DNA of 53,871 nucleotides, counting the filler, from Thelocarpon superellum (lineage: Eukaryota), in NCBI GenBank assembly GCA_026025795.1. It is 2 parts of 2 records of this genome, joined end to end, with 100 filler letters (N's around TTAATTAATTAA, not from the genome) between each part and the next. Parts side by side here need not be neighbours in the genome. Positions count along the whole stretch, not along the records: positions 1 to 27,035 come from JAPEUG010000253.1; 1 more part is not named here. The stretch is one strand, 5' to 3'. This document shows positions 12,124 through 24,524 of this stretch, one piece after another. Positions within the stretch are counted from its first letter, which is position 1, and the number at the start of each line of letters is the position of its first letter. Both the position numbers and the translations under genes were made by a program. The notes under the pieces are model-generated. The model made no database searches, had not been told where the DNA came from, and saw nothing but the letters and a program-made list of their open reading frames with translations.

Positions 12124-14048
12124 ATGGCCAGCCTCAGCGCCGCCTCCCTGTGTGCCGCCACGTACGAATATGTCATTGCGGGCGGAGGCACGGCCGGCCT
12201 CACTCTCGCCGCCCGACTAACGGAGGATCCCAAGATCCGCGTCGCCGTGCTCGAGGCCGGTCAGGATCTAACGGATGACCTGAATGTGCAATGCTGGGGC
12301 TTGACGGCTGGCATGTTGGGTGATGCCACATATGATTGGATCTACCGGACCACACCACAGGTAGGCGTGCCTGCCATGCCCTACCCCTTGCCGTGACTGA
12401 CCTACTCCCTCTCGGCTCACAGGCCGACGACGACAACCGCGTCATCTCCTGGCCCCGCGGCAAGCAGCTCGGCGGCTCCAGCGCCATTAACCTCTGGATC
12501 TGGAACGTGGCGTCGGAGACGGACACCAATGACTGGGAAGCGCTCGGCAATGACGGATGGGGCTGGGCCGACCTGTTTCCCTATTTCCTCAAGGCCAACA
12601 CCTTCACGAGGCCGCCAAAGCAGACGAAACAGGATCTCCAGGTGGACTACATTGATCCGAGCGTGCACGGCACGAATGGTCCGGTCGACGTGTCGTACGC
12701 GACCTCACACAACACCTTCGAGGAGGCGTGGGTGCCGACGTTCGAGAGCCTGGGTCTTGGGGTCAACGGCGACCCCTACGGCGGTGAGGCCATCGGTGGC
12801 TTCACCACCGCCGTCAGCCAGATCCCGGCCAATGTGTCGCGCAGCTACGCCGCCAACGCCTACTACGTCCCCAACAAGAACCGGCCCAATCTCAAATTGC
12901 TCACGGGCGCGCAGGTCAGCAACGTGATATTCAAGAAGCAGGGCAAGAAGGTGCAACAGCCGTTGGTGGCGACGGGCCTGAGCTTCACGGAGCATGGCAC
13001 GAGCTACATCGTGAATGCCACGCGCGAGGTCGTGCTCAGCGCCGGTGTCGTTCAGAGCCCGCAGCTGCTGGAGCTATCGGGCATTGGGGACCAGCATCTG
13101 CTCACGAAGTATGGCATCGACGTCCTGATTGACAACGCGAACGTGGGCGAGAATATGCAAGACCATCAGCTCAACAGCTTGGGCTTCAAGGTCGCCCCGG
13201 GCCAGATCACGCTCGACTCATTGTCCGATCCCGGTGCTTTCCCGGCCGCGCTCAATAAGTACCTCACCAACAAGTCGGGTATCCTGGCGGAGGCGGCTTC
13301 GAGTGTGTCGTACCTCTCCTACAAGCAGCTAGTGAAGTCGTCCAAGTCGGCCAGCACCCTCCCCAACGATCCCGACACGTACAAGCCCTCGGCGGCGGCA
13401 GCGGGCAAGAATCCCGGGCTCGCCAAGCAGTACGAGCTCATCACGGAGAAGCTGCAGGATCCTAAGGAGGCCTCAGTCCTGCAGCTGTTCCTGCCGGCGG
13501 GCAACAACTACCGCTTCGCCAACGACTCGACCCTGCTCTTCACCTCGCCCGGGCCGGGGTCGTTCGTCACCTTCTACGGTGTGGCGGTCCACCCCTACTC
13601 GCGCGGCTCCATCCACATCAACTCGTCGGACCCGCTCTCCTACCCCGTCATCGATCCGCGGTACCTCTCCAATCCGCTGGACGTGGACGTGCTGGAGACG
13701 ACGGCGCTGCATCTACAGACGATTGCGACGACGGCGCCCTTTTCGTCGCTGTTGCAGGATAACGGCACGGTGTACGAGACGTTTTACGAAAAGGTGACGC
13801 CGCAAAATGCCAACCAGCACGTCAAAGATACGCTCAACTCCTTGTACCACGGCGTCGGCACATGTGCGATGGAGCCCCGGGACAAGGGCGGCGTCGTCAG
13901 TAACCGGCTTAAGGTGTACGGCACCTCGAATCTGCGCGTCGTCGACCCCAGCATCGCGCCGATGCTCACCCGCGGCACGATCCAGTCGCTTGTCTATGGA
14001 ATTGCGGAAAAGGCGGCGGACATGATGAAGCAGGAGAATGGGCATTAG
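12124..14048 (+). CDS. GMC (glucose-methanol-choline) oxidoreductase, AA3-type flavoprotein
   Basis: Exons 12124-12360 and 12423-14048. FAD motif YEYVIAGGGTAGL..VAVLEAG, RGKQLGGSSAIN, EVVLSAGVVQSPQLLELSGIG, VGENMQDH, HPYSRGSIHI, YHGVGTCAM and LKVYGTSNLRVVD. Confidence 0.95.
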
Positions 14049-14613
14049 GTCGATACCGGTCGACGCCGATGCTGCACGATGTGGGAGAGCCATTGACCTG
14101 TGATATCGTTCCATTCAACCCGAAACCGTCAATTTTGACGATGTTGACGATGTTGACGATGTTGATGTAAACCCTCTCATCGCATGTGGACTGTGCATAT
14201 AGCTGAAGATTATGAGTCACCCCTGGATCTTGCGATCCTAGTGGTGGCTGTGCAAAGTAGCTGGATGGAGACGTGACATGGTCATCATCACATTCTCAGC
14301 ACCAGTAGTGATTGGTGGTTTGTCAAGACTGATGGTGATGGTGATGGTGATGGTGTTGATGCCATTCGTACGCAGCCGAGACGTGATGATGTACGGTTCG
14401 GCCAGCCGGAGCCGCGCCGACACGCTGACTCGTGGGCTCGTGGGCTTGCCAAAAGGAACAACATCCGACGATCCGAGGGTGATACAAGCACAAGGAACCC
14501 GATCTAGACTGCCGATTCCTCCTCGCTGATCCTGGCATGGAAGGATAGCTGGGTGAGCCGCGGATGCATCGAGAGACGATGCGTTGACGACGAGGCCACC
14601 CACTCGCCCAGCG

Positions 14614-17026
14614 ATGACCGCCACGCCTCCTCTTCCTCTAATCCATGGCCATGCTCGATCCAAGGCCACCAGGGCATCGACGGCCTCCCCGGCTCCCGCC
14701 CCGCTCGCCGCCGGCGTGGATGGGTCTTCTCATCCCTCGTCCCACGTGCCGAAGGAGACCCGCTCCGACCGGGCGGCGACGCTCTTGATCCGCCGCACGC
14801 TCTGCGCTCATCGCGACCAACGGCCCGTCGGACGCGAGGGCGACGATGCATCGCCACGGCCAGTCTTGGATCTGCTGCCGCCCTTGACCAGCTCCACTGA
14901 GGTGGACTTACAGCTGTACGCCTTGGTGGCCATCCTCGTGCGAGACTACATCCTGCCCTGGTACAGCCGGGTCACATCCGACCGTGAATTCATCGACGAG
15001 ATCGTCCAGGTCATTGCCCATTGCTGCCGCGCCCTCGAACGACGGTCGCGGGAGGTGGATCTAGAGGCTCTGCTCGTGGACGAGATTCCGAGCTTACTCA
15101 ACGCCCATCTCGACGGTATGTGACCGCTTTCGTCATGCCCGAGCACGACGTGACGACTGACCATAATTCGGCCAGCCTATCGTGCGTCCTATCCGACCGT
15201 CAACGCCGCTCTCCCTCCGGATGCTCGGCAGGCCTTCCATGCCTTGTACCCTCATCCCGCTCTCTCGCCGGTGCCAGATCCGGGGACATCTGGGACGGTA
15301 GAGGAACAGAGGAGGAATGAGGTCGCGTACCGGAAGCTGATGGCACAAAGGGTGCTGGCCGTGCTGCTACCGGCGGAGGACTTGGAGAATGACTGCCTAC
15401 GGACGTTGGTGGAGGAGATTTGCGCAGAGACGATCTTGGGCAACGTGGCAGAGAAGGGGAGTGAAGCCTGGCGGTGGCATCATGGGATCATCGCTCTCGT
15501 CCACGCTTTCCGTACTGATACGGTCGGTGGTCTGGCGGGGGCCCCCGTCAAGGCTGACGGAGCAGCCGGAAAAGGTCACACCACGGTCAAGAATCAATAC
15601 GATCAAGTGATGGGATCTGTTCTTGGCGGTTTCTGGACCTTGCTTCATCTTATCTGGCTCGGCCTGGCCGGGCTCCGATTCCTCATTGTTGCGATCGTTA
15701 CCTCCTCCGCCCTTCCCACGCGATCGAAGCCAGCTCCACGTGCGACCGCGCCGCCCACTCGCGACAAGGGGAGTGCAATCGGCGACGGCGCATCCATGGC
15801 TAGCGATGCTCCGCCGGTCAAACGACCGCTGATCACCATGGCCATCTGGTCCAGTGCGTCACGACTACTTGATCTGGACGGGCACATGCCTTGGCTGCAC
15901 GGGATGGGTCAGTTGGGTCAATGGGGGCTCCTCACAGGTCCTGGACGAGTGGGTGAGGTGGATGGGATGCTCGACAGGTAAGCAAAACATCTCGAATCAC
16001 AAGTCGCGAGGCCGTGGTCCTCTCGATGCAAAGCATAAGGAGACCCACGCCTCTACGTACGCCCGTACGCACGCCGGGCGGGCGCTTGGGTGATGCCGCC
16101 CGCATGGGCTGCAGGTCACTTGACCGGCAGCGACTCCGATGATTCGGCTGAGCTTGGCGGGAGAGTTCTCGTCGTGCATGAGCACCGATTCTCTCTTGGG
16201 AAAGTCTAGGCGACCGCGAAGACGGCAACGACGACGATTGGTCTTGGTTGGTCTTTGGACCTACCACGGTGCTTTTTGCTATTCGTTCTACCATATGTGG
16301 ACCCACGGACCCGATCCCCGCCGGACCTCTTATGCTGCTTTGCTGCTGCTGCCACTTCTGCTGCGCCGCCGCCTCAAGACTATCTCGACCTAATTAGCGG
16401 ATAATGGGCGGAAACTGAATTCGTTTGCTTGCATGCAACCTGCTCACCCTCACCAACTAACGTCTACATTGCCTCTTTCCAACAGATACCTCTCCTACCA
16501 ATTGCGGAGCAAAGTGCTATCGCCAAGCTACGTGCCCGTGCTATTGAGCAAGATCCGCGACTCCGTCCCTGCGCACACCAACACCGCCGCAGCCACCACG
16601 ACAGCCACCACGACTACTACCGTCGCTACAGCCACCACCAGTCCGCTCTCCCCTCTCTCCCCGCTCTCCAACACCCTCGCTCTCTCCCTCTCTCCCTCGC
16701 CCTCGGCCTCGCCGTCCGCTCCCCCTCTCGCTACCGCCCATCAAGCAGCAGCAGCAGCACAGACCGAGCGACCCACCAATCTCGGCCCCCAATGCGCCGA
16801 GGCGGTCCTGGGCGCCATCCCCGCCGGGATACGAGCGACTTACTTCGCGACGCCCGACCTCGCGACGCAGACACACCTGCTGCAGTCCTCGATGCTTGCT
16901 TTCCTCCGTGATCCCTACGCGCTCAAGCACCTCGTGTATGCCGTCGTGGACCTGTGCGTTGTCAGGCTTGTTCCTGAGATGGCCGCACGGGGTGGTTCTG
17001 TTGCGCCTGCTGCCGCGGTGGGTTGA
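14614..17026 (+). CDS. PXA-domain protein (sorting-nexin-associated domain, no PX domain visible)
   Basis: Exons 14614-15115, 15176-15977 and 16486-17026. Motifs LLPPLTSSTEVDLQLYALVAILVRDYILPWYSRVT, YPHPALSPVP, VLAVLLPAEDLENDCLRTLV and DPYALKHLVYAVVDLCVVRLVPEM. Confidence 0.85.
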
Positions 17027-17798
17027 TTGAGGCGGCGGAGGGTGGTGATATGATCCTAGTATATACTTTAGTCGGCTTCGTGGATATGTACAGTATGTTG
17101 CGATGTGTAGATATATTAACATCACGATATGTTCCGTCCTCGGGACGTATTGTCGTCGCAACAAGCACAACGACGGATGGATATATGTATAGATATATTC
17201 CAACGGTGACGGATGAAAGATTCAGATTACCCGTCCGTTCCGCCGTTCTCTGCCTCCCCTCACGCACCTGAAACTCACATCCTCGTTCTAGCCACTGGCC
17301 TATTAGCAACCTGTGCTATAGTCCCTCCTTCCTTCCTTCCCTCCTGCCCTCCTTCCCTCCTTCTCCTCCTTACCCCCCTCTCCTTCTCTCGTTGGCTCGC
17401 TCGCGCGGTCTGCTCGCATGTATCGATCGTATCTCTCCCGCCCTTCCTATGCCATCTAGGCATCCTCCCCCAACCGTGGAAGTGAACAATCAATCAATCA
17501 ACCAATCAATCGATCCTGCGGAATCACAGACAAAAAGTGGAGTAATGTAGAGGAGAAAAGAGGAATGAGAAACAGAATGGGGATATCGTAAGCGTGAAAC
17601 AAGAATTCACCGCGCGAGCGGCGTTGGACATTCGTCGAGTCTAGTCGTAGGTGTGTTGGTATCGATGACGGTCAAGGTGAAAATGATGATGAATGGAGCT
17701 GACGTGATGAGTCCCGTAACGGCTGCCAGGAGGAGTGTGCCGTGCGTTGCGCCAGGTGGGGAATGAACGAAAGGGAGCAACAAGATGAGAAGCGTAGA

Positions 17799-19731
17799 TC
17801 AGCTCCCTGCCTCCTTGAGACCGCCCTCTCGCTCCTCCTGGATGCGCTGCAAGCCAGAAGAAGACGAGGACGAAGAAGCGGACGGAGGGACCGACAGAGC
17901 CGGCAGCGGCTGAGCAGCGCCCTGCAAGCGCAGCTTCTCCATCAGCTTGCCAATGGCGACAAAGTCCTGCGGATCGACCACGCCGGTTGGTTGTCGCTGA
18001 AAGAAGGCCATGACTACCTCGAGGGCCCGGCGCGCTTCGTCTTGGTTGGGCAAGAGCTGCTCTTGCTGCTGCTGCTGTTGCGGCTGCGGCGCTGCTAGCG
18101 ATACCGCTTGCTGGCGCTGGTGCTGCGACTGCGGCTGATGCGACGGCTGATGCGCATGCGGTCCGTGTTGCAGCTGCGACGTTGATGGATGGGAAAGTGG
18201 TGGCGTGCTGTGCGTGCGGTGATGCGACCCTGGCGAGATGGCCGCGTCGATGCTGACGGGCGGAGGGGGTCCCATGTCCGAAACGGCCGCGTCAAAGGTC
18301 GGCGCATGGGTGAGGTACTTCGGGCTGATGCCTTCTCCCGATGACGACGCCGTCGTGGCCGTACAGCTCGGGTCGGGCGTCAGCGACGGAAAGGTCTGGC
18401 TGCGCGGTCGGCTGAAGTTGCCGCTGTTGGCGGCGGCCAGCGGAGGGAGGCGCGCCTGTTGCGCGGACAGAAAAGGGCCGGCGCCGCACGGGTCCGAGGT
18501 GAAGAAGGGAGACGTGGGGCTGGTCGGCCCGGCCGAGAAGGACGCCGCGGTCGCGTCGGTGTAGGCGCTGGATAGCGACGCGCTGCTCTGCGAGCTGGAC
18601 AGTCGGAAGCCGTGGGAAAATTCGACGTAGCTGTCGGGGCTTTCCGTCTTGGTCTCGTCCGCTCCCTTCGCCGCCGACAAGGGCAGCGGCGAGGGCATCG
18701 CGCTCGGCGACGTCGGCGAGATGCCGTTGGGCGTATGCGACGCCGACGCGCCTTCTCCCGGCAGGACACCATCGGAGTCAGTGGTCTCGGAGTTCCGCCG
18801 CGACAAGGACCCGCCGATGTGGTTCTTTTGCTTGAACTTCTCCAGCCAGGTAGAGTTGTTCAACTTGAGATGGCTGTCCGTCGTCCCGACCGTCGCCGCG
18901 AAGAAGCGCGCCTTCTCTTTGATGACGGCGTCCGTCATGGGCACCCCCGACTTCTGCGCGTTGCGTACCCAATTCGACAGCGCCCGCTCAATGTCGGGGA
19001 ATCTGCCCTTGCTCCGTTTGATCGGGGAGCGGTTGCCGTCATTGGGCGAGAGATATTTCTCCTTCTGTCGCAACACTTTCGAGACCGTACTGCGTCGGCC
19101 GTCAGCGCAACGCCTCATGGGCAAGCAACGTCACGTCAAGTACCTTCTCTCCACACCAAACATTGCTGGTATTGAGTTAGTCTACATGCCCTGGGTGATT
19201 CGTGCGCCCGACGATCACGAGACACATACCGCCAATCTCCGTCTGTTTGACGGTCGGATTTTCCTCATGATAGATGCACATCTTCCGGCGATCTGCATCG
19301 GTCAAGGTCCGTCGCGGCGAGGGCGAGGGCGCCGACGGGATGGACTGTGTGGAATGCGCTGACTGCGCCGAGGTCGGGGTGGCCATGGGACTCTGCGCCG
19401 GCGCAAGCGGGAGGATGGGTTGGGAAAAGGTGGATTGGCTCGTCAACATGCTCGGCCACGGCGGGGTGATGAGTGGTCGCAGGGGTTGATGAGGCTGATG
19501 AGGCTGATGAGGGTGATGCGCAGGATGCACGGGGGTATGGTGCATTGGGGTGTATGAGGGTTCCGCCGGAGGAGGGTGAATGAGATTCATGTACCCATAT
19601 CCATGGAACTCAGGCTCCACCGCCGGATGCGACCCGGTTGTGTAATCCCCCATCGTCACCCATGGTGAATTGCTGTAGCCCAGCTCCTGCCCGTGGCTCG
19701 ACTCGGGTTTGACATTCATGTTGTTCATCAT
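17799..19731 (-). CDS. CENP-B/Tc5-type helix-turn-helix DNA-binding protein (probable transcription regulator, no DDE domain)
   Basis: Exons 19731-19230, 19165-19144 (22-nt micro-exon) and 19089-17799 give PRRTLTDADRRKMCIYHEENPTVKQTEIGAMFGVERSTVSKVLRQKEKY and KGRFPDIERALSNWVRN...TDAVIKEKARFFA...WLEKFKQKN, followed by an S/P/Q-rich tail. Confidence 0.88.
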
Positions 19732-22431
19732 CCACCGCGACGGCAGCCGTGGCTTGGTGGCGGTGATGTTGACAACGGTGGAGGTGGTGGAGGTGGTGGT
19801 GGAGGTGATAATGGTGGAGGAGGAGAAGGAGGACGCACGTCCGCGGTCTGGCACGGTGGAGGGATGGTCGGTCGGTTGTGCTCCACAGGCGCCGAGCTAT
19901 CGTCTAATCCACCTGCAGCGGTGGAGGGAGAGGTACCTGGCTAGGGCGAGGGCGACGAGGGGCGGCAGGGCGCATGCATGGGCAGTCACGGCAACAACGA
20001 CGGCGGCGGCAGCAGCAGTGGCGGCGGCAGCGGGGCGGAACGCTCGTCAAGAAGAGGTAGAATGGTTTGGCTAATTAATAAAAAAAGAGACCGTCTGCGT
20101 CGGGGGTCAATGGTATAAGTTATGGCCACCATACATCCAGGGTAGCGGAGGGGGCGGCGGCGGGAGGGGGCGCGCGCGGGGAGTGCGGTACACGGAGCAC
20201 CGTCGAAGGTGCGGAGAAGCCGGCGTTACTTGCATGCCGTAAGGTCCGACGTCGATCGCGAGGCGAACCAAGGACGGCGTGGCGGCGGAGACAGACGGCC
20301 GCCGTAGTAGTGCTCCGTAGTTGAAGCCAGAAACGGGAAGGGAAGGGAAGGGAAGGAAAGTGCCGGGGAGAAGAGAGGCCCCTTGGAGGCCCAGAGCGCG
20401 AGCGTTGGGGGCCCGGTACGACGCGAAAAGGCGCGGGAAGTCTTAGGCGGAAGAGGGAACGGCAAGGGAACCGCGGCGCGCTGCCCTCGAGATCTATCGC
20501 GACCAACAGGGCTTGGACGAGGCGTCGACTAGGCCGTTGGGTGTTGGGACTACACACTGGTCTGGTGGAGGATGATCCACTCTTCCTGCCCCATCGACCA
20601 CCACGCGAGTCATAGCGAGCCATGGGCTCGCCCGAGACCATCGCGAGGCACGGTGACTGGCGGCCATCGCGGCGTCTAGTTGGGGGGGGGGCAGGTGTTG
20701 ATCGTGGCGTACCCGCAGGTCCGCCCACTCCTCGATCGCAGTGGAGAGGGGAAAGTCGAGGCGACGACATCTGCTAACGGGCCAGGATCATGACAAGCTA
20801 TCGGTTGAGGAAAGCACTGGTGAAATGAGGGTCACGCTCGCGGTGAAGCGCCCAGTCAGGTCCATGGCGAAGGGTCGCGATAAGCTGATGTGGCACGACG
20901 ATGGTGCTGAGCCATGGTCCGGCCCGGAACCATCGACCAGTGCGGGCCTTCGCGCGCCCACGGCCGCGCCCCCTCGGCTCTCCGCCACGCCATCCGATGG
21001 CGGACGGCCGGCGCGATGGAAGAGACGGGGTTCGTGGACGGGCTTGACGAGGGGGTGGGTGGGGAGCCCAGGCGCGCCGCGATGGGGGAGGGCCAGGCCA
21101 GGCCGGGCGAGTGACGAGTGACGACTCACGACTCACGACTCACGACGAGGAGCATCGGGAGCATCGGGTGGATTCACCCCAATCAGGTCCCGGTCAGCAA
21201 TGCCGTAGCTCCAGCGGTTGCCGTGATCCACGGGTTGGTCAGCGTCGCGCGAGCTAGGGAAGTAATGAATTAATGGTGGTGGACTAAAAGTGTGATGGGC
21301 CCAACATGACTGGCTGAGGATTTTTGGCAAAAAAGCGAGGCGTGGGGCCCAAGGGAAGGTCAAGGCGCGGCGACCGCGCGGATGATGGGAGGCAAGGCAG
21401 GCAGCGATGGAAGGAGCGCGCGGTGAGTGGTCCGACGTCCGTAGCGGATGAGGGGCCCCCCGGTAGGCGTGACCGCTGCTGGGCTGCCGCGGGCTGCACG
21501 GACGCCCTTGGCAGGTGCAACTCGTGCTCGTACCTTCTACCTGGCCTTGCGGCCGGACCACTGTGGTGGAACGGCATTAAGTAAAATTCATTTGTCCATG
21601 GCGTGCTCGTGTAAGCGCTCTCGGGGAGGGAGCAGGGGGGGCACACCCTCCAGGCGAGCGGCCAGCGGTGCGCGGCCAACTGACGACCGGCGGCTTTCTG
21701 GCGCTCGGCGGGGGAGGCAGGATAAGAGCCGACGACCGGGGGGGTCGGCACCTTGGCTGCAGAAGGTGCACGCAGCTAGAAGATCCCGGACGCCGCCGCC
21801 TCCTCGGTTACGCAGCACGTCGTCGCCTACATGCGGTGCCCGAGCGAATATGCCATCGAAGCTTTCATCCAAACCCTCGGAGCCCGATGAGATTGCTCCC
21901 ACCACACGCCGGCACCCCTTGCCCCCATGGCGTCGGGGGCAGAGGGCAGGAGGCATGTGGCTCAATGCGTCGTCGTCGCACACGGATGGTGCACTAGCAG
22001 TAATGTTAGTAGTCAGTCCACCCATTGAATCGCCGTGACATCACCCGGTCGCGCCGCGCCGTCAGGCACGCTTACTGGTAGGCGTACGAGGTCGACACGC
22101 TCTGCCTGCTCCTACGCCCGGAGATGCGTGTGATGGATGGTGGCTAAGAACATGACCTTGGACGGCGGTGGAGCAGCATCGCTGGACGACTAAGGCTATA
22201 CGGATCGACCGATAGCACAAACTGTACGGACCTTGGACGGGGACGGGCCGATCGTCGGCGTGTCCGACGACCGGTGCGGCGCCGACGGCCGGCTCTTAGG
22301 GTCATCTCGTCGACAACCCGGTCCCTGTCAACGGGCTACGCGGTCGATCGTTCGGGACCGGCTCGCGCACCGGGACATCCGGACAGCTCGCCCGGGCGGC
22401 GAGGCCAGGGTCATGGCCGTCGACGGCTCTT

Positions 22432-24083
22432 TCAACGCTTGATGATGGTGACTAGTGGCCTCGCGTCAGTCGTGCGTGCGGCCGGTGACGTCGCTTGCGC
22501 GCACTCACTGATGTCTTCGTCCGCCAGCTCGTGCGTCAGCCCGACCCGCTGTGGCTGGTGCTTGACTGACTGCCCGTACACGATGGCGTGTTTGAACTGT
22601 TCGACGATGGTCTTGTGGATGGCGTTGCACTAGGCCCCTGCTCAGCCGGGGGGGGTCTCGCCGGACAACAAAGGAAAGAACGACGGGGACCTACGAAATC
22701 CTCCACAGTACAAGCCGTCGCGCGCAAGACGACGGGCGACGAGTAGTCGGGCTGCTTGCCCTTGGGCTTGGTGTAAACGCGCCGCAGATTGAGTTTCTCC
22801 CACATCAACTCCATCAATTCGTCAATGTTCCAGCCATGCTCGGAGCTGATGGGACAGGCGTTGGGAATGCGGTACAGCAGGTCGAGCTCCTCGATCGTGA
22901 TGGCGTCGATCTTGTTGAGGGCGTAGATGACGGGGATGTAGCGCCGGCCCTTGGCCTCCAAGACGTCGATCAGGTCGTCGATGGTCGCGTCGCAGCGGAT
23001 GGCAATATCCGCGGACGAGATCTTGTACTCGCCCATGACCGCTCGAATCTCCTACACGGCACGGGATCAGCCACCGGCCCCACCGGGCGCACCGGGCGCA
23101 CGCCACGCCTACATCGTTGTCAATGTGCGACAATGGCACCGTGCTCGTGATGTTGATGCCGCCCTTGTCCTTCTTCTTGAAGACGATGTTGGGCGGCTCC
23201 TTGTTCACGCGGATGCCGAAGCCTTCGAGCTCCGCCTCGATCACGCGTTTGTCCGTCAATGGCTTGTTCACATCCAAGACGATGAAGATGAGATGGCAGG
23301 TCTTGGCGACGGCAATGACCTGACGACCGCGCCCCTTGCCGTCCTTGGCCCCCTGGATGATCCCGGGCAGGTCGAGCATCTGAATCTTGGCCCCATTGTA
23401 TACCACTTGGCCCGGCACGGTCGTGAGCTGGGAGACGGTCAGCCAGGGTGCACTGTGCCGGAAACGGACATGTTCACCGTCGTAAACTCGTAGGCGGCCG
23501 CTGGGTTGCACGGGTCAATGACGCTGGACATGGGCATGCCGGGATGCGGGAGACCTCCATACCTTCCGAATGCTGCCCGGTCAATCGGCTCATCAGCGTG
23601 CTTTTGCCCACGGAGGGGAAGCCGATGAAGCCCCTGGCCACGCCTTAGCCCGATGGTCACGTCGCCGTGTGGTACATGACGACCTACACGCTCGCCACCC
23701 CGGTCCTCGCAACATCGAAACCCGCTTTGTTCTCTCCCTCAGTCCGTGCCTTGCCTGTCATTGTGGTATGTCTTACCTCCGCCTCCCCCACCACTCGACG
23801 AGGGGGTCAACAGCTCTCGTTTCAATTTGGCCAATTTGGCCTTGAGCTGCCCTAATCTTTCTCAGCGCCACTTGATCGGAGTGCGCTCCGTCGCATACCC
23901 AAGTGGAAGGATGTGGCTTTGTTCTTTTGCGTCTTGGCCATCTATCTCGCCTTTGAGTCACCGTTCGGCACCACGGGTAGGAGGACGAACTTCGGCCTCG
24001 ATATCCTTGATCTACCGAGCGTGTCAGTCATGAGAAATGGTCGGACCAAGAGCCAAGCTCACCTTGTCCACGGTCGTCGCCAT
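22432..24083 (-). CDS. RBG1: Developmentally regulated GTP-binding protein DRG1/Rbg1, 11 exons
   Basis: Spliced translation [43 protein letters not shown]..., G1 [40 protein letters not shown], and a TGS domain ending ITIIKR*. Confidence 0.97.
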
Positions 24084-24426
24084 CTTTGCGGTGAGGTTGC
24101 AATGAAGCGTGCAAGCGATAAGGAGGTATACAGACTATGGTGCCTTCTGCTTGATGTTGTTTGAAGGGCAGACTCGGGAATGCAAGGGCTCGCGGGGTGC
24201 AGACGGAATTTGGGTGGGAGGGACGCGAATGGTGGGGCGGATGCGGCGTCGGGAAAACCAAACTCCGATGTCTCTACGCCGAATAGGTTGCGGAGCAACT
24301 GACACCATGAATTTGGTGGCATTTCATGTGGACTTTGATCCACTCATTCGTCGACCTCCGACCATCCTCCAAAGTAGCGATGCCCCACGCACCATAACTT
24401 CGATCCTGGGGCGTTGCGCTCTCCTC

Positions 24427-24479
24427 TCTCGTTTCTCGTTTCTCGTTTCTCGTTTCTCGTTTCTCGTTTCTCGTTTCTC
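24427..24479. repeat. (GTTTCTC)7 heptanucleotide tandem repeat in the RBG1/ALKBH6 divergent intergenic region
   Basis: Seven perfect units at 24431-24479, ending about 45 nt before the ALKBH6-like ATG. Confidence 0.9.
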
Positions 24480-24524
24480 CTTGATCGTTGATCCTGTTCG
24501 ATCCGCGACCGTCTTCAAATCAGC

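Noticed and set aside
17799..19731. Active pogo/Tc5 transposon
   Set aside because: No DDE catalytic domain, TIRs or TA duplication visible, and the gene has introns.
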